Origin: Octopus vulgaris | Taxonomy: Eukaryota | Assembly: GCA_951406725.2 (NCBI GenBank) | Contig: OX597832.1 | Span: forward strand, 67,270,001 to 67,334,000 | Direction: 5' to 3' | DNA: 64,000 nt | Part shown: piece after piece, positions 1 through 13,031 of the stretch | How the letters are laid out: the number at the start of each line of letters is the position of its first letter | Position numbering within the stretch: position 1 is the first letter of the stretch | Position numbers and translations under genes: made by a program | Notes under the pieces: generated by a model | The model's input: only the letters and a program-made list of their open reading frames with translations | Told to the model about the DNA's origin: nothing | Databases searched by the model: none

Positions 1-13
1 TATTCCCTAATAT

Positions 14-17
<4 letters not shown>

Positions 18-70
<53 letters not shown>

Positions 71-77
71 ATATATG

Positions 78-108
<31 letters not shown>

Positions 109-129
109 GTATATATATATATATGTATG

Positions 130-222
<93 letters not shown>
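18..222. repeat. (TA)n/(TATG)n microsatellite
   Basis: Direct dinucleotide run; explains the YIYI ORFs at 61-285. Confidence 0.97.
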
Positions 223-226
<4 letters not shown>

Positions 227-2720
227 GAAATATGTTACGAAAAGAGAATATAAAATACACGGGGAAATGTAAGATTAAAATATGAAAAATCAACGAAAAT
301 GCATATTGCAAATAGAAAAAGGCTATTTATGACAGGTAACGACAAATATATACATTTAGATTGACTGAGGTAGTAATACGAGTCATAAAAGTCATTATTA
401 TGAGATGATTATAAGATGATAATAAAGTAAGAGAACAAAACGAACCAATGGTTTACGCAAAACTATTCATCGTTTGAACAACACCGGTTAATATACGGTG
501 TGAGGTCTAGTAGTTCCTGAGAAAAAAGATTATTTGTAAGGGAGGTAAGTAGTTCTGGATTTAGAGATGTGAGTGGTGTAGGAAGTGTATAGGGTTTAGT
601 GGTTTCAATTGAAGAGTTAGTGGTGTTCTGTATTGAGTTGTGTGTTCATATTTAGTTGGGGGAGAAATTTGTTGATGAAAAAATGCCTCTTTATTCAACC
701 TTTGTTGCATTGTCGTGTTCTGTGAGAATTGGTAAAAGGGAAATATTTGGAAATTGGGATTAAGATTCCTGGCACATCTTTCTATGTGTTGACTCACCTT
801 TAACTGTCTGTATTGTGGGTGACGGATTTGCTCTTTGTGAATGGTGATTCTTTGACGGAGCGAAATTCCTGTTTGTCCAATATAGAGTTTACCACATCCT
901 ATGCATATTTCTCCTTGTTTGAATTGGAATTCTGAACCCTCCAGAAGGTGGGGGCATGTTCCACAGTTAGAACGTCCACATTTTGTCACTTTTGGCTCAG
1001 TTGTTAGTGGGTAAAGTCTAGCGCTGGTTAATATTCTTTTCAGTGACTTCGGTTGCTTTTTGCTTTTTATAATTTTATATGAGCTTAAAATTTCGTTCAT
1101 TGTTTTGTCTGCTGTGAGGATGGGAAGGTTTTGGGTAATAATGTTGAAGGCTTCGTTGTTTCTGGGGTTATGTGTGAAGATGTATGGGAGTATTTTTAAG
1201 TCTTGTTTAGTATTTCGGCTAGTTTTCCTTAATCTTTTTATATCTATTTCCTTAGCTCTTTTGATGCCTTCATTTACTAATGAGATTGGGTAATGTCTTT
1301 TAGTTAGTGGAGATCTAAGTTCAAGGAGTCTATGTTCTCGAGTGTATGTATCGGAAATTATGATGCAGATTCTTTTTGCTAGGTTAAAGGGTATGTTGAA
1401 TTTTATGTTTTTGGGGTGGCAGGAGTTAAATAATAGTTATTGTTTAGAATCTGTGGGTTTATAAAAGATGTATGTTTCTATGTGGTTGTTAACTATTCTA
1501 ATATGTCTACAAAGGGAGTTGTTTACTGTTGCGTTCCATAGTGAATTGTATATTGCTGTGTATATTGTTGAGCATTCTTTTGAAATCAACGAGTTGATCC
1601 ATGCTATCTTGCCAAAGTATGGAGCAATCATATAAATATCTCTTCCTGCTCTCCTTTAAGTACCAATTGAAAGAGGCGCCATATTTTTCTAGTGATGATT
1701 GGTATAACTTAAGTTCGTGGTAACCCATTACGAGGTTTGCAATCACTGGAGCAGCTCTGGTCCCCATTGCAATTCCGCATTTCTGTCGATAGTAAGTAGT
1801 ATCGAACACGAAATGATTGTTCAACAGGACGAATTTCAGTGCTTCAATTATAAAATTGTGGTTAATTCGTTCTGGGATCTCTTCTGGGTATTTTTCTAGC
1901 CAAAATGTGATTGCTTCTATACCGGAGTCGTATGGGATATTAGCGTATAGATTCACCACATCGAAAGATACCAGTAGAGTTCCGTCCTATACTGTCTTCG
2001 GGAGGTGGTTCAGCATGTTTAGGTCATCCCTGATATAGCTTTTCACATATCTTAAAAGAGGTTTGAGTAATAAGTCTAGGAAGTTATTCAAACGGTGGGT
2101 TTCGCAAGAAGGGCCAGCTATGATGGGTCTGAGTTTGAGGTCAGTAGGGGGCGGGACATTAATGCATAGGCTTGTAGAGACTTTGCAGGCTTCACAAATT
2201 AGTGGATTTTTATGTATTTTGGGTAATCTGTAGAATAGACTAGGGCTGTATTTGAAATAGTCAATTTCATGTGTTGTAAGACCCTTTCCATGAATTTGGA
2301 GTAAGGAGGATAAGTTTTTCAGTGTTTTCTGTGGGTTGTAATATGTTAGTTTTTCATAGTAAGTATTATTTTCCAACATGGGAAGTATAAAGTTTTTGTA
2401 GTACTTTGTATCCATCAATACTACCGCATTTCCTTTGTTGGCTTCTTTAATAGTTAGGTTTATGTCATTTTTTAGCTCGACAAGGTCTTTCCATTCTTTT
2501 AAATTAAGGTTGGATTTGATATGTTGTTTTGGAATTGCATTGTAAGGAAAACAAGTTATGTGATCACAGAAAACATCAAGTGCTTTATTTGTACCTTTTG
2601 TAGGATGGTACTCACTTTTGTTTTTCACTATTGAATCATCTTCACTGGTGTAGTTGTAAAGAGCTTCTGTGAGGTGTAATTTTCGGCATAAGTCCAAATT
2701 ATTGTCCTTAAAGTGTGTGT
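223..2720 (-). mobile_element. Penelope-like retroelement (RT + GIY-YIG), frameshifted and 5'-truncated
   Basis: Minus-strand ORF pieces 1987-2700 (TIKEANKGNAVVLMD, FYRLPKIHK, LRPIIA), 1507-1959 (NLYANIP, YYRQKCGIAMGTRAAPVIANL, RYLYD at the RYxDD position), 1437-1631 (YKPTDSKQ) and 561-1100 (KCGRSNCGTCP; CGKLYIGQTG..RQRITIH) match PLE RT and GIY-YIG motifs. Flanked by TA tracts. Confidence 0.92.
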
Positions 2721-2722
2721 AA

Positions 2723-2786
<64 letters not shown>

Positions 2787-4553
2787 CGTATGTACATCGA
2801 AATGTATATATATATATATATATGCATGCATGCATAGATATATATCAATATATATATAAGCTATGCACGTCATTTTGTGGCAGGATATGCCATACCCAGC
2901 TACTCTATCCGTTGCTCCTACAAGAATCATACTCGCAAAAGTAAAAATTTGCATAAAATGTTCGTTCCTATTTTAATGCTTGTATGAAAACAAAATAGCA
3001 ATAAAAACAACACGATTATTCAAACTTTTTGTATATAAATGAATAGGAAGTAAGTGAATGCACTTTAAATCTCCATGAGATGATATCATTAACGTCATAC
3101 TGTAGACTTTAACATGTCTAGACAGGATTAATCGTAAAAGGTGGCGTGTAATAAAACATCAACGTGAAATATAGAACCAATATTTGAAAGTAAATGTCTA
3201 TTTGTAAATATATAGAAGATAATCGCAGACAGATTAGATCTAATCAGCTTTTATATTCCACGTTTTCCACAATTAATCTATGTTGCACGTTGTAAAATCA
3301 GCAATACTCTGAATATTATATTCAAGTCAACATTTATGTTTGCCATTTATTATAACAGGAACTGGAACGACTAAATATTTACGCCAATCTGCATAATGGA
3401 AATCGTATCAGCGCACTCAATTGCTTTTTCGATTGCATTTAATTTATATCTCAACATTTTTATTTGACTGATTGTTTATTTTGTTTAAGTGTTGTAAGTT
3501 TTTGAAAGTTACTTGTGTGTTTTTGTTAATCCGTGCTTGTGTTACAGATTCGATTCCCTGCGAGGTTATTTTCATTTCCGTTAGCATTCATAACGGCCAT
3601 ATTTGATCGTAACGCAAAAGGTTTTTTTTAAACAATTATTTCCGTCAAAGTGGATGCGCCGTTTCTTTGATAGAACGCTTCAAAACAGTTATCTTAAATC
3701 CTATATTCAATAATTCATCAAAACCTCTTCTATTGTCTACCTCCCGGAGGGATATGTTCAAACGTCTAATAGTTGAAATTAGGTTAAGTTGTACTTGGCA
3801 ACCGTAAAGTACATCATATATAGATTGGACACGGAATTAGTCATTTCAAATAATGTATTTAAATCAACGTAGAAAGTACTCCCACATCGTTTGAAATGCT
3901 AAAACAACACTCAATTTTATCACGTCATACAGATACAATATTTAACAAGAATGTGTGGCGATTTAGATATACAAAACGGAAATCGTAGGGGTAGAATGTG
4001 TTTCATATGCCTGGTCAATTAAATCTGACCACAGCTAAACTACAATAATAAAACTAATTTATAAGTACTTTTACTCTCCGCAACAAGCCTCCACACTAAA
4101 TATCGAAAACCACAGCTTGTAACTAATTATTCATTCTAATCAACGTTCATCAAGCCACCCACTTATGAATACATTAATTTTCTTTTCAGGTATGAAGCTT
4201 CTATGGCACCTTTATTTCATTAAAGAAGTAAATAATTAGCCAAAAAATTAATTTCTGTGTAATCGGTGCACCTGATAATAAAAGCAACCATTTCTTTCCA
4301 ATACAACATTTTTCCGTATTAAAGCTTGCACGTACACACACACGTACACCACACGCAACCACACATACATATACACATACATTGTACATAAAAATATTGG
4401 TTATATAAAGCGTGTAAAGTTATAATGCTTTTATATCCGCTCGACAAAGTATTGTCTCATGTTATATAAAACATAACAGTAACGTGTGATTTAAATTTTG
4501 GCTACTAAATCTATCAGGAACAGCAACCTTTTAAAACTCCTTTATAGTTTACC

Positions 4554-4554
<1 letters not shown>

Positions 4555-4636
<82 letters not shown>
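4555..4636. repeat. (TAA)n microsatellite at the 3' flank of an R4/Dong-like element
   Basis: Pure (TTA)n run directly next to the element's 3' UTR. Confidence 0.95.
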
Positions 4637-4640
<4 letters not shown>

Positions 4641-5839
4641 TAGTTTTATTTTTATAGCGCGCTTTCACTTCACTACCGAGCGCAGCTCTGTGTGCCTTGG
4701 GTATGTGCTGTGATTTGTGATGCTCTGATGGTTATTGTATGGAAAGTGTTCTGCGTAGGATGTGTGCAGTGCCTAGTAGTGCAATTTTCTGTATGTTATA
4801 TGTGTTTGTAAGTCCTGGTGTTTTTGTTATGTATTTGTCTGAATATTTTTTTATCATGCCTAATGCACCTACTATGATAGGAATTGTTTCTGTTTTCAGA
4901 TTCCACATTCTAGTTTCCAGGTCTTTGTATTTTGAGAGTTTCTCCATTTCTTTTAGAGACACGTTGTCATCTGCCGGTATTGATACATCAATTAGAAAGC
5001 ATTCTTTTTCTTCATGATCTCTGACAACTATATCTGGTCTGTTGGCCTTAATTTCTCTATGTGTGTGTATCGGCATATCCCAGAGTATGGTTGCCTTCTC
5101 GTTTTCTGTGACCTTTTCTGGTGTGTGCCTATACCATCTTTTTTCTGTTGTTATTCCATAATGTTGGCATAGCTTCCAATGTATGTAGGTTCCAACTCTG
5201 TCATGTCTGTGAATATATTTCTTCTTAGCCAGGACTGGGAAGCTAGAGATAATATGATTTATTGTTTCTTGTCCATCTCCACATATTCTGCAGTTACATG
5301 TAATATTTCTTTTCATTACATGTTTTTGGTAATTTCTGGTGGGGAGGCTTTGGTCTTGTGCTGCAATTAAAAATCTCTCTGTTTCTGCTTTGAGTCCTGA
5401 GCTTCTCAACCATTGCTGGAATTTTTCTTTGTCTATTTCTTTTGCGTTTAGTTTAGTCCAGTATTTACCATGAAGGGGCTTTTCTTGCCATCGTTTTATC
5501 ATGGTTCGTTGCTGTTCTATTTTTAGTTTGGATTTTCATTTGTTTTATAGCTTTTGTTGTTTCTTCTTCTTCTTCTTCTTCTTCTTCTTCTTCTTCTTCT
5601 TCTTCTTCTTCTTCTTCTTCTTCTTCTTCTTCTTCTTCTTCTTCTTCTTCTTCTTCTTCTTCTTCTTCATGTTTATTAGGTGGTATGATTTCTTGTTTGT
5701 ATTTGTCAGCTTCCTTAAATACTGAGAACAGTTTTTTGTTTTGCTCGTGTTTTGCCGCTATCTGGATCAGTTTTCCTTCCTTCTGAAGTAGATATTTTTG
5801 CAGTCCTATGGTGGTTATTTTATAGTAGTTGTCCAGCTG
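4637..5839 (-). mobile_element. R4/Dong-like non-LTR retrotransposon, 5'-truncated (knuckle + restriction-like endonuclease)
   Basis: ORF 4732-5502: KPLHGKY, LIAAQDQ, CRICGDGQETINHIISS knuckle, RHD, NRPDIV, KYKDL, PIIVGALG. Upstream QLDNYYKITTIGLQKYL runs to 5839. Both ends abut (TAA)n. Confidence 0.92.
5561..5668. repeat. (GAA)n tract inside the retroelement ORF
   Basis: About 36 TTC units; reads as poly-Glu on the element's sense strand. Confidence 0.95.
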
Positions 5840-5860
5840 TTATTATTATTATTATTATTA

Positions 5861-5921
<61 letters not shown>

Positions 5922-5955
5922 CATTATTGTAATTATTATTATTATTATTATTATC

Positions 5956-5996
<41 letters not shown>

Positions 5997-6097
5997 CATT
6001 ATCATCATCATCATCATCATCATTATCCTCATCACCATCGTCATCATCATCATCATCATCATTATCATCGTCATCGTCATCATCATCATCATCGTCG

Positions 6098-6164
<67 letters not shown>

Positions 6165-6175
6165 TATTATTATCA
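5840..6175. repeat. Compound (TAT)n/(CAT)n microsatellite
   Basis: Trinucleotide runs grading TAT to TATCAT to CAT, lying between two retroelements. Confidence 0.95.
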
Positions 6176-9100
6176 TGTGTTTTTCTTCTTTCAAATTTGC
6201 TACCATTTCTTGCCAAGTGTATTCCCGACTCCTAGGGCAAAGAAACTCATAGTATACATTGGTAGGCCATTAAACTAAACTCACTAATTCGTTCATTTTT
6301 TTTAGAAATAAAGTTAAATTAGAATACATGGGTAGTAATAGTTCTCACATCGACAATGCTCTTCCCAATACCTGTGATGTACCAGTTAAGAAAATCTTTT
6401 GCACCTCTTGCAGGGATGGTAAGCCAGGGATCATTCTCATATAATTTTCGGTTCCCTTATTGATCATTCCTAGTGCTCCTACGATCACTGGTATTGTAAC
6501 CGCCTTGAGATGCCACATTTTCTCAATTTCAATGAGTAGGTCTTTATATTTTCTGAGCTTGTCAAACTCTTTCGCTGAGATATTATGATCACAGGGGATG
6601 CTCATGTCGATCAATAGGCAAACTTCATTGTTTTGGTCTTTCACAACAATATCCGGTTTATTGGCTTTGATGGTTCGGTCTGTATGTACTGGAAAGTCCC
6701 ACAGAATCGTTACATTTTCTCCTTCAGTTACAGCTTCAGGGTGGTGATTATACAACATGTCGGCAGTTTTGATAGTGTAATGCCGACTTATTAGCCAGAG
6801 TAAATATTGGCCAACTCTGTCATGTCTTAATTTATACTCCACTGGTGCTAAGACTTTACATCCAGAAATGAGGTGGTCCACTGTTTCAATCATGTCGTTG
6901 CAGAATCGGCATTTTGGGTCTGCTCCATTTTTCATCACATAGGCCTGGTAGTTCCGGGTTAATAGGCTTTGATCTTGAGCAGCCAGGATGAAACCTTCGC
7001 TCTCTGCTTTTAGCCCTGAGCTCCGTAGCCACTGATGGGTTTGCTTCTGGTCAACATCAGCTTGTTTGCTACGGGCCACATATTTGCCGTGCAGAGGTTT
7101 CTCCTCCCACCTATCAGCCAATTGCTCGTGCGCTTTTTTCTTTGCCATTATTTTCACCTTCTTTGCAACAATAGTTGCCGTATTTCCCTCGGGTTGTTCA
7201 GTTTGGGTATCCTGCACGAGATCAATAGCAAATGTTTTGCTTTCCTTTATGATAGAATGAAGCTTCTTTCGTCTCTCGTGATTTTCCACGAGCTTTAGCA
7301 TCCAGTCATTCGTTATTTCAAGATATTTGGCCAGTCCAATTGTGGTTGTTTTGTAAGCTAGTTCAAATTGTATCAGGCCTCGACCTCCTTGGACTCTGAG
7401 TAGGTAAAGGCGATATACGTCTGCATTTGGGTGGTGCATCCTATTACAACTAAGCAGCTTGCGTATTTTCCTATCTATTTTCTTTACTTCACTCATATTC
7501 CAGTTCAATACATTGTAGCTATAAGTAACAACTGGAACTGCTAAGGAATTTATAGCTAACACCTTGTTACGTGCATTTAGTTCAGATTTCAGGACTGCTC
7601 GAACTCTCCTATAACATTCCCTCCTGATCTTCTCTTTCATGCTTCATGCTGAATACCAGAGCCTTCATTTATCCCTAAATATTTGTAGGTTTGTTCTTGC
7701 TCAAGCTGAATTTGTGGTCTTCACTTTCCCTTTCTGGAAAGTGACCTTGGCACACTTCTCAAGCCCAAACACTATCCCGTTTTCATCACTGAATGCTTTC
7801 ACAGTGCGCAATAGACCTTCAAGTTTATTATCATCTTTACCATAGAGTTTTAAGTCATCCGTATAAAATAGATGGCTTATTTTTTTATTGACAATTTTAT
7901 ACCCATACCCTGTTCTGTTTAATTCACTTGTAAGGGGTATTAGGGCTATGCAGAATATTAGAGGTGAAAGTGAGTCACCTTGAAAAATTCCACAGTTGAT
8001 CTTTATATTCTCTGAGGCAAGTATCCATTAAAGTGGTATAATTGGAGATTCGTATTCCACAACGACATATTATGCTTCAGGAAGCTTGAAATCACTGGGG
8101 AAATTTTGAAGATGTCCAGCGATTTCAAGATATATGAATGCGGTATACTGTCGAAGGCCTTTTTATAGTCAATTCATGCGGAGCTGAGATTTCTGCGCTT
8201 GTTGTGACAGTTCTCAAGGATCATACGACTAATTAGCAGTTGATCTTTGCATCCGTATGAGCCTCGGCGGCACCCTTTTTGTTCAATGGGGAAAATATCG
8301 TTCTTCTCCATGAATGCATATGTTTTCTCCGCCAGGATAGATGTTAGGATTTTATACGTGGTGGATAAACAGGTTATAGGCTGATAGTTTTTTGGGTGTT
8401 TGGTTTCGTTATTCTTTGGGAGTAGGTAAGTAATACCACTTGCTAATCATTCAGGTGTTTTCACTTTGGGTCGCTCATAATTCCATTGAGCAGCTGAATT
8501 AGCTTACCGTGTGCACATGGGAGCGATGAGAGCCAGAAATTCGGCACCCTATTTTTACCGGGGGATTTCCAATTATGGGCCTTCGTGAGTGCCTTTCTTA
8601 GGTCTGCTATTGTGATGTCTTCCCATGCTTGTTGTTGTAAATTTTGGTAGAATCCTTCAGTTTGTATAATCCAGTCTGCATTTATGTTGTACATCTCGTT
8701 ACTCCAAATCCTTTTCCAAAAGTTTTGAACTTCTTCCATGGGAGGCGGGTCTTTAACGGTTACTTTCTCCTTCCCTATTTCTCTGTAGAATTTTTTGGCA
8801 TTGGATGTGAACAGCTTATTTTGCTTGTAAAACTTGTTTCTCTTCTCAAATCTTCGTATTCTTTGAGCTTTTGCTTGGACTTTTTGTTTCAGCGTTTCTT
8901 TTATTGATATCACTTCTTCTCTTGGTGAGAATCCTTCTTTATTATTCATCTTTCTTCCTGTTCTGGATCTTACATCATTTCCACATATTAGTTCATTTAA
9001 TATTGATATTTCCCCTCTCATAAATTCAATCTCTTTTTCAATTTTACTTCTCCAGGTTTGATTTCTTCCCAGGTTTGGTTTTCTTTGTTTTTTGGGGGGC

Positions 9101-10140
9101 ATACATCTGGTTTCAATTGCCCTAGCAGAAGCGTAAATAATTTCATTTAACTCAGTAAAATTAGGTTTTAATTCTTGTATTATTTCATTTGTTACATAGT
9201 TGCCAATTTGGATTTGTGTTTTATTTTGGTTTGTATTTGAGAGTTTATGAAGTGGTTTTCTATCATTCATACTTGCATGTCTTACAACTTCAAGCGTATT
9301 CAGGATTTTCTGCCTCATTTCTGCCATAGACTCTCTGTGTTCTTCAGCAAATGCGAGATCTTCAGTTACTGTTGTTTTATCATTTTCCGGGCTATCTTTA
9401 ACAGGTTCAATAGAATTTCTTGTATCTTCAGGCCTTTGCATACTTTGGTCAGATGGCAGTCTTTCAATTAAGCCTCGTGGCGGGCTATTCTGTTTATCTG
9501 ATTCTTCATTTCCTTTGTGTCTTATATTTATGTCATTTTCCGTTGCGTGCTTGATCGCGCTTATTTCACTGTCTGTGAGTCTGTTATTTCTAAGGATATC
9601 CCTCCTCACATTTGCCAATTTGTTCTCGTCCAAATAGGGTCTACTGTCTTGATTCCGTGTTCTCCATATACTGTAAGAGTTTGCGGTGTGTCTCTCTTGA
9701 GAAGGCCTACCTAATGCATAGTAATAAGCGTATATTACTATTTATACTCTTCTCGGGTCCATTTGTTCCGCTTACATTTTTCTTTCTGTGTTGGTTGTGG
9801 TGGTGAACTTGAAGGGCTCGAGTTGGGGAATTTCCCATTCAAGTGACCATCCATGTCTGTATTCGGAGAAGAGTTTGTGCCAGTTGATGACTTTTCGATC
9901 CCAGGCTGGCTCTTCCCTGGGGGACGCGCTTCCAGATTAACCATAGTACAAGCGATTTGGTATACTGATTTAGTTTTCCTTTTAGTTTCCAAAAACATGT
10001 TGGTGCTACGATAATGTTATCATTTTTGAGCTCTGAGTGTCTCGCGGGGAGAAGGCCATCATTGCCGTTACAATTATAATCGTACCATTATAGCAGCCGT
10101 AGCCGGCCTGTGGTCACTCCTTGTAGTCATGGCAACAGTG
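6175..10140 (-). mobile_element. Near full-length R4/Dong-like RLE non-LTR retrotransposon with a single disrupted ORF
   Basis: N-terminus 9738-9998 (RNKWTREEYK); 8461-9633 (KKFYREI, NWKSPG..NFWL); frameshifted RT 7640-8460 (YQPITCLST, KAFDSIPH, GIFQGDSLSP, HLFYTDDLKL); 6345-7640 (GGRGL, CRFCNDMIETVDHLISGC, RHD, KPDIV, PVIVGALG). Both flanks are TAA-type microsatellite. Confidence 0.95.
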
Positions 10141-10180
10141 TATTATTATTATTATTTAGAGGAAGGAGAAGGCAACAGTC

Positions 10181-10249
<69 letters not shown>

Positions 10250-10256
10250 CATTATA

Positions 10257-10293
<37 letters not shown>

Positions 10294-10339
10294 CTACTAC
10301 TATTACTATTACTACTACTATTGCTATTACTATTACTAT

Positions 10340-10377
<38 letters not shown>

Positions 10378-10439
10378 ATATTATTATTATTATTGTTGTT
10401 ATTATTGTTATTATTATTGTTATTATTATTATCATTATA

Positions 10440-10480
<41 letters not shown>

Positions 10481-10633
10481 TACTACTACTATTACTATTA
10501 CTACTACTATTACTATTATTATTACTATTACTACTACTACTACTACTACTAATACTATTATTATTATTATTATTATTATTTTTATTGTTATTATTATTGT
10601 TATTATTATTATTGTTATTATTACTATTATTGC

Positions 10634-10688
<55 letters not shown>

Positions 10689-10702
10689 GTTATTATTATC
10701 AT
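10141..10702. repeat. Compound (TAT)n/(TAC)n/(TGT)n microsatellite
   Basis: Trinucleotide mosaic with an internal duplication of about 183 bp. Confidence 0.95.
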
Positions 10703-11120
10703 TGCCTTTGTACAGCTTCTAACGCTGGAGATGTACTACGGTGTCAGCTGTTCACTACGAGTGAACTTAGGTAACACTTCTTATTTTTCGAGCACCTTCC
10801 TGAGTGTTCGAGCGGTTGCAAGCAGTGCTGTTTTCCGCAAGTGCTCCACCCTTATTGTAGCCCGTATTAGTTCCATGTACTTCTCGAGATTTTTGCTCAC
10901 AGTTCCCAGGGCTCCGACAATTATTGCCACTACTGTTACCTTTTTCATCACCCACAACTGCTTAATTTCCCAAGCTAACTTGTCATATTTCTCTCTTCTT
11001 TATCGCATAGATTGTTGTCAGCTGGGCATGTTACATCTATGATCCAACATAGTTTCTTTTTTTCTCAATTAAGACTATGTCTGGCTTCCTATTCTCTATC
11101 TCATTGAATCATAAATTCCC
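10703..11120 (-). mobile_element. R4/Dong-like 3' fragment (endonuclease C-terminus)
   Basis: Minus strand reads RKPDIVLIE..., VAIIVGALGTVSKNLEKYMELI..LRKTALLATARTLRKVLE; flanked by TAA tracts. Confidence 0.8.
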
Positions 11121-11148
11121 ATAGGATTATTATTATTATTATTATTAT

Positions 11149-11206
<58 letters not shown>

Positions 11207-11252
11207 TGTAGCAGCAGCAGCATTAGTACCTGTAGTAGTATCAATTCGGCAA

Positions 11253-11450
11253 GATGGCAGAACGGCCAGCTTGCCGGATGAAATGCTAAGTGGTATTTCT
11301 TCCGGCTCCTTAATTTCTGCGTTCGAATTTAGCTGAAGTTGAATTCGTCTATCTTCATTTCCAGGTTGACAAATTAAGTACCATTTGAGTACTAGGGTAG
11401 ATATAACTGACTTAGCTCCTCTCATCAAATCAGCCGGCCTTGTGCTAAAA
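11253..11450 (+). mobile_element. tRNA-derived SINE, family B (diverged)
   Basis: GGCAGAA..GAAATGCTAAGTGGTATTTC..GTTCGAATT..AAATTAAGTACCA matches the copies at 34278-34950. Confidence 0.65.
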
Positions 11451-11750
11451 TCTACTTCAAATTTTAGCATAATTCAAGCAATTTTGGTATGATTGGGAAC
11501 GTAGATGTAATCGACTGATATTACATTTTTACAACTTAGAAAGGATGAAATATAAACTTGACTGCAGTAAAATTTGAACTAAAAAATCTTGCCGAGATCA
11601 ACAGAGCCTTCCATTCTTTCGGAGGTCAAGATTATGGAATACCAGTCGACTACTGAGACCGATATAATCGACAAATGCTCTCTATTTAAAAATTGCTGAA
11701 TTTGTGCTAATATTATCACCATCATCATCATCATCATCGTGGTCGATATA

Positions 11751-11812
<62 letters not shown>

Positions 11813-12929
11813 CATTATTATTATTATTATTATTATTATCATTATTATTATTATTATCATTATTATTATATTAATATGTCTAGTAAAATTGACTGTGTCT
11901 TCAATGAGCGTAAATTAATTTAATGCGTTGTGCATGAACGCACGAATGACTGCCACAGTTATAAGAGCTCTTGCTATGTATCACATGACTATGAAATTAT
12001 ATTAGCTACAAGATATATTTGAACTAAATATTTTATAGAACACTATAGCTACATACGATGCACAAAAACAAATACTTATTCAGATTTACCAGAATCAAAC
12101 AACTCTCTTGATTATGTTTGGAAATGTATAATACGACACTTGTGTCACAATCAATAAAGAGCAGAACTGAAACGCAGGTGTGTCTTCGGTGAGTTTGGTG
12201 GAATTAACACGAAGCTTAAAAGCGTTCTAGGTATTAATGTCTGCTGGAACAGTGAAAAAGTTCATTTCACTATCACGTCATCATTTCCGTGTTCTTCCCC
12301 GCTGCGCTATAACTTGAATTTTTTTTTCTATAGCATACTTTTCATCCAAGCCTTGTGCGTGCAACGGCGTACACGAAACCTTTGGTCAAGCCCTTGGAAT
12401 ATATTCTACCTATTATCAGTCGGTAGAATTAACCCGATATAGGGATAAACATGCGACATATCATAAATTCGTTTCAATAGATGGAGATTCAAATAGGTTG
12501 AGAGCATTAAGATTAAGATTTTGTTGCTTTGGATATAATCTTATCTTATACCCAGAGGTCCCTCACACCCAGCACAAAGCCCCTGTGCGTAGTTGTTTCT
12601 CATGTGACATGACTCCAGCAGATAAACAATTAGAAATGTATTTTCTGTGGGGATTTAAAATTTAAGAAAATGAAATTACATCCAGCAGAAGGCTGTCTTG
12701 GTTCTTACATACATGAATATCAATTTGAATTTTAGAGTTTAGAGTATTAGGGATTATGTCTATAAAGCTATATATGATTTTGTGACTATAGGTTGGGCTG
12801 CCCTAGTCTTGAACATATCGCAAAACCCTGTCTATAATGAATCACAGTATTCATAACTGATCCGCTCCTCCCATATGTATAAGATCGGTATAAATTCGTG
12901 CACACAGCTATGCCTACATCCATGTATCC

Positions 12930-12960
<31 letters not shown>

Positions 12961-12994
12961 CGTACCAAACGATATATATAAAGTTAACACATAG

Positions 12995-13026
<32 letters not shown>

Positions 13027-13031
<5 letters not shown>

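Noticed and set aside
9999-10140. HDV-like ribozyme in the R4/Dong 5' UTR
   Set aside because: Plausible from related clades, but the nested double pseudoknot could not be identified.
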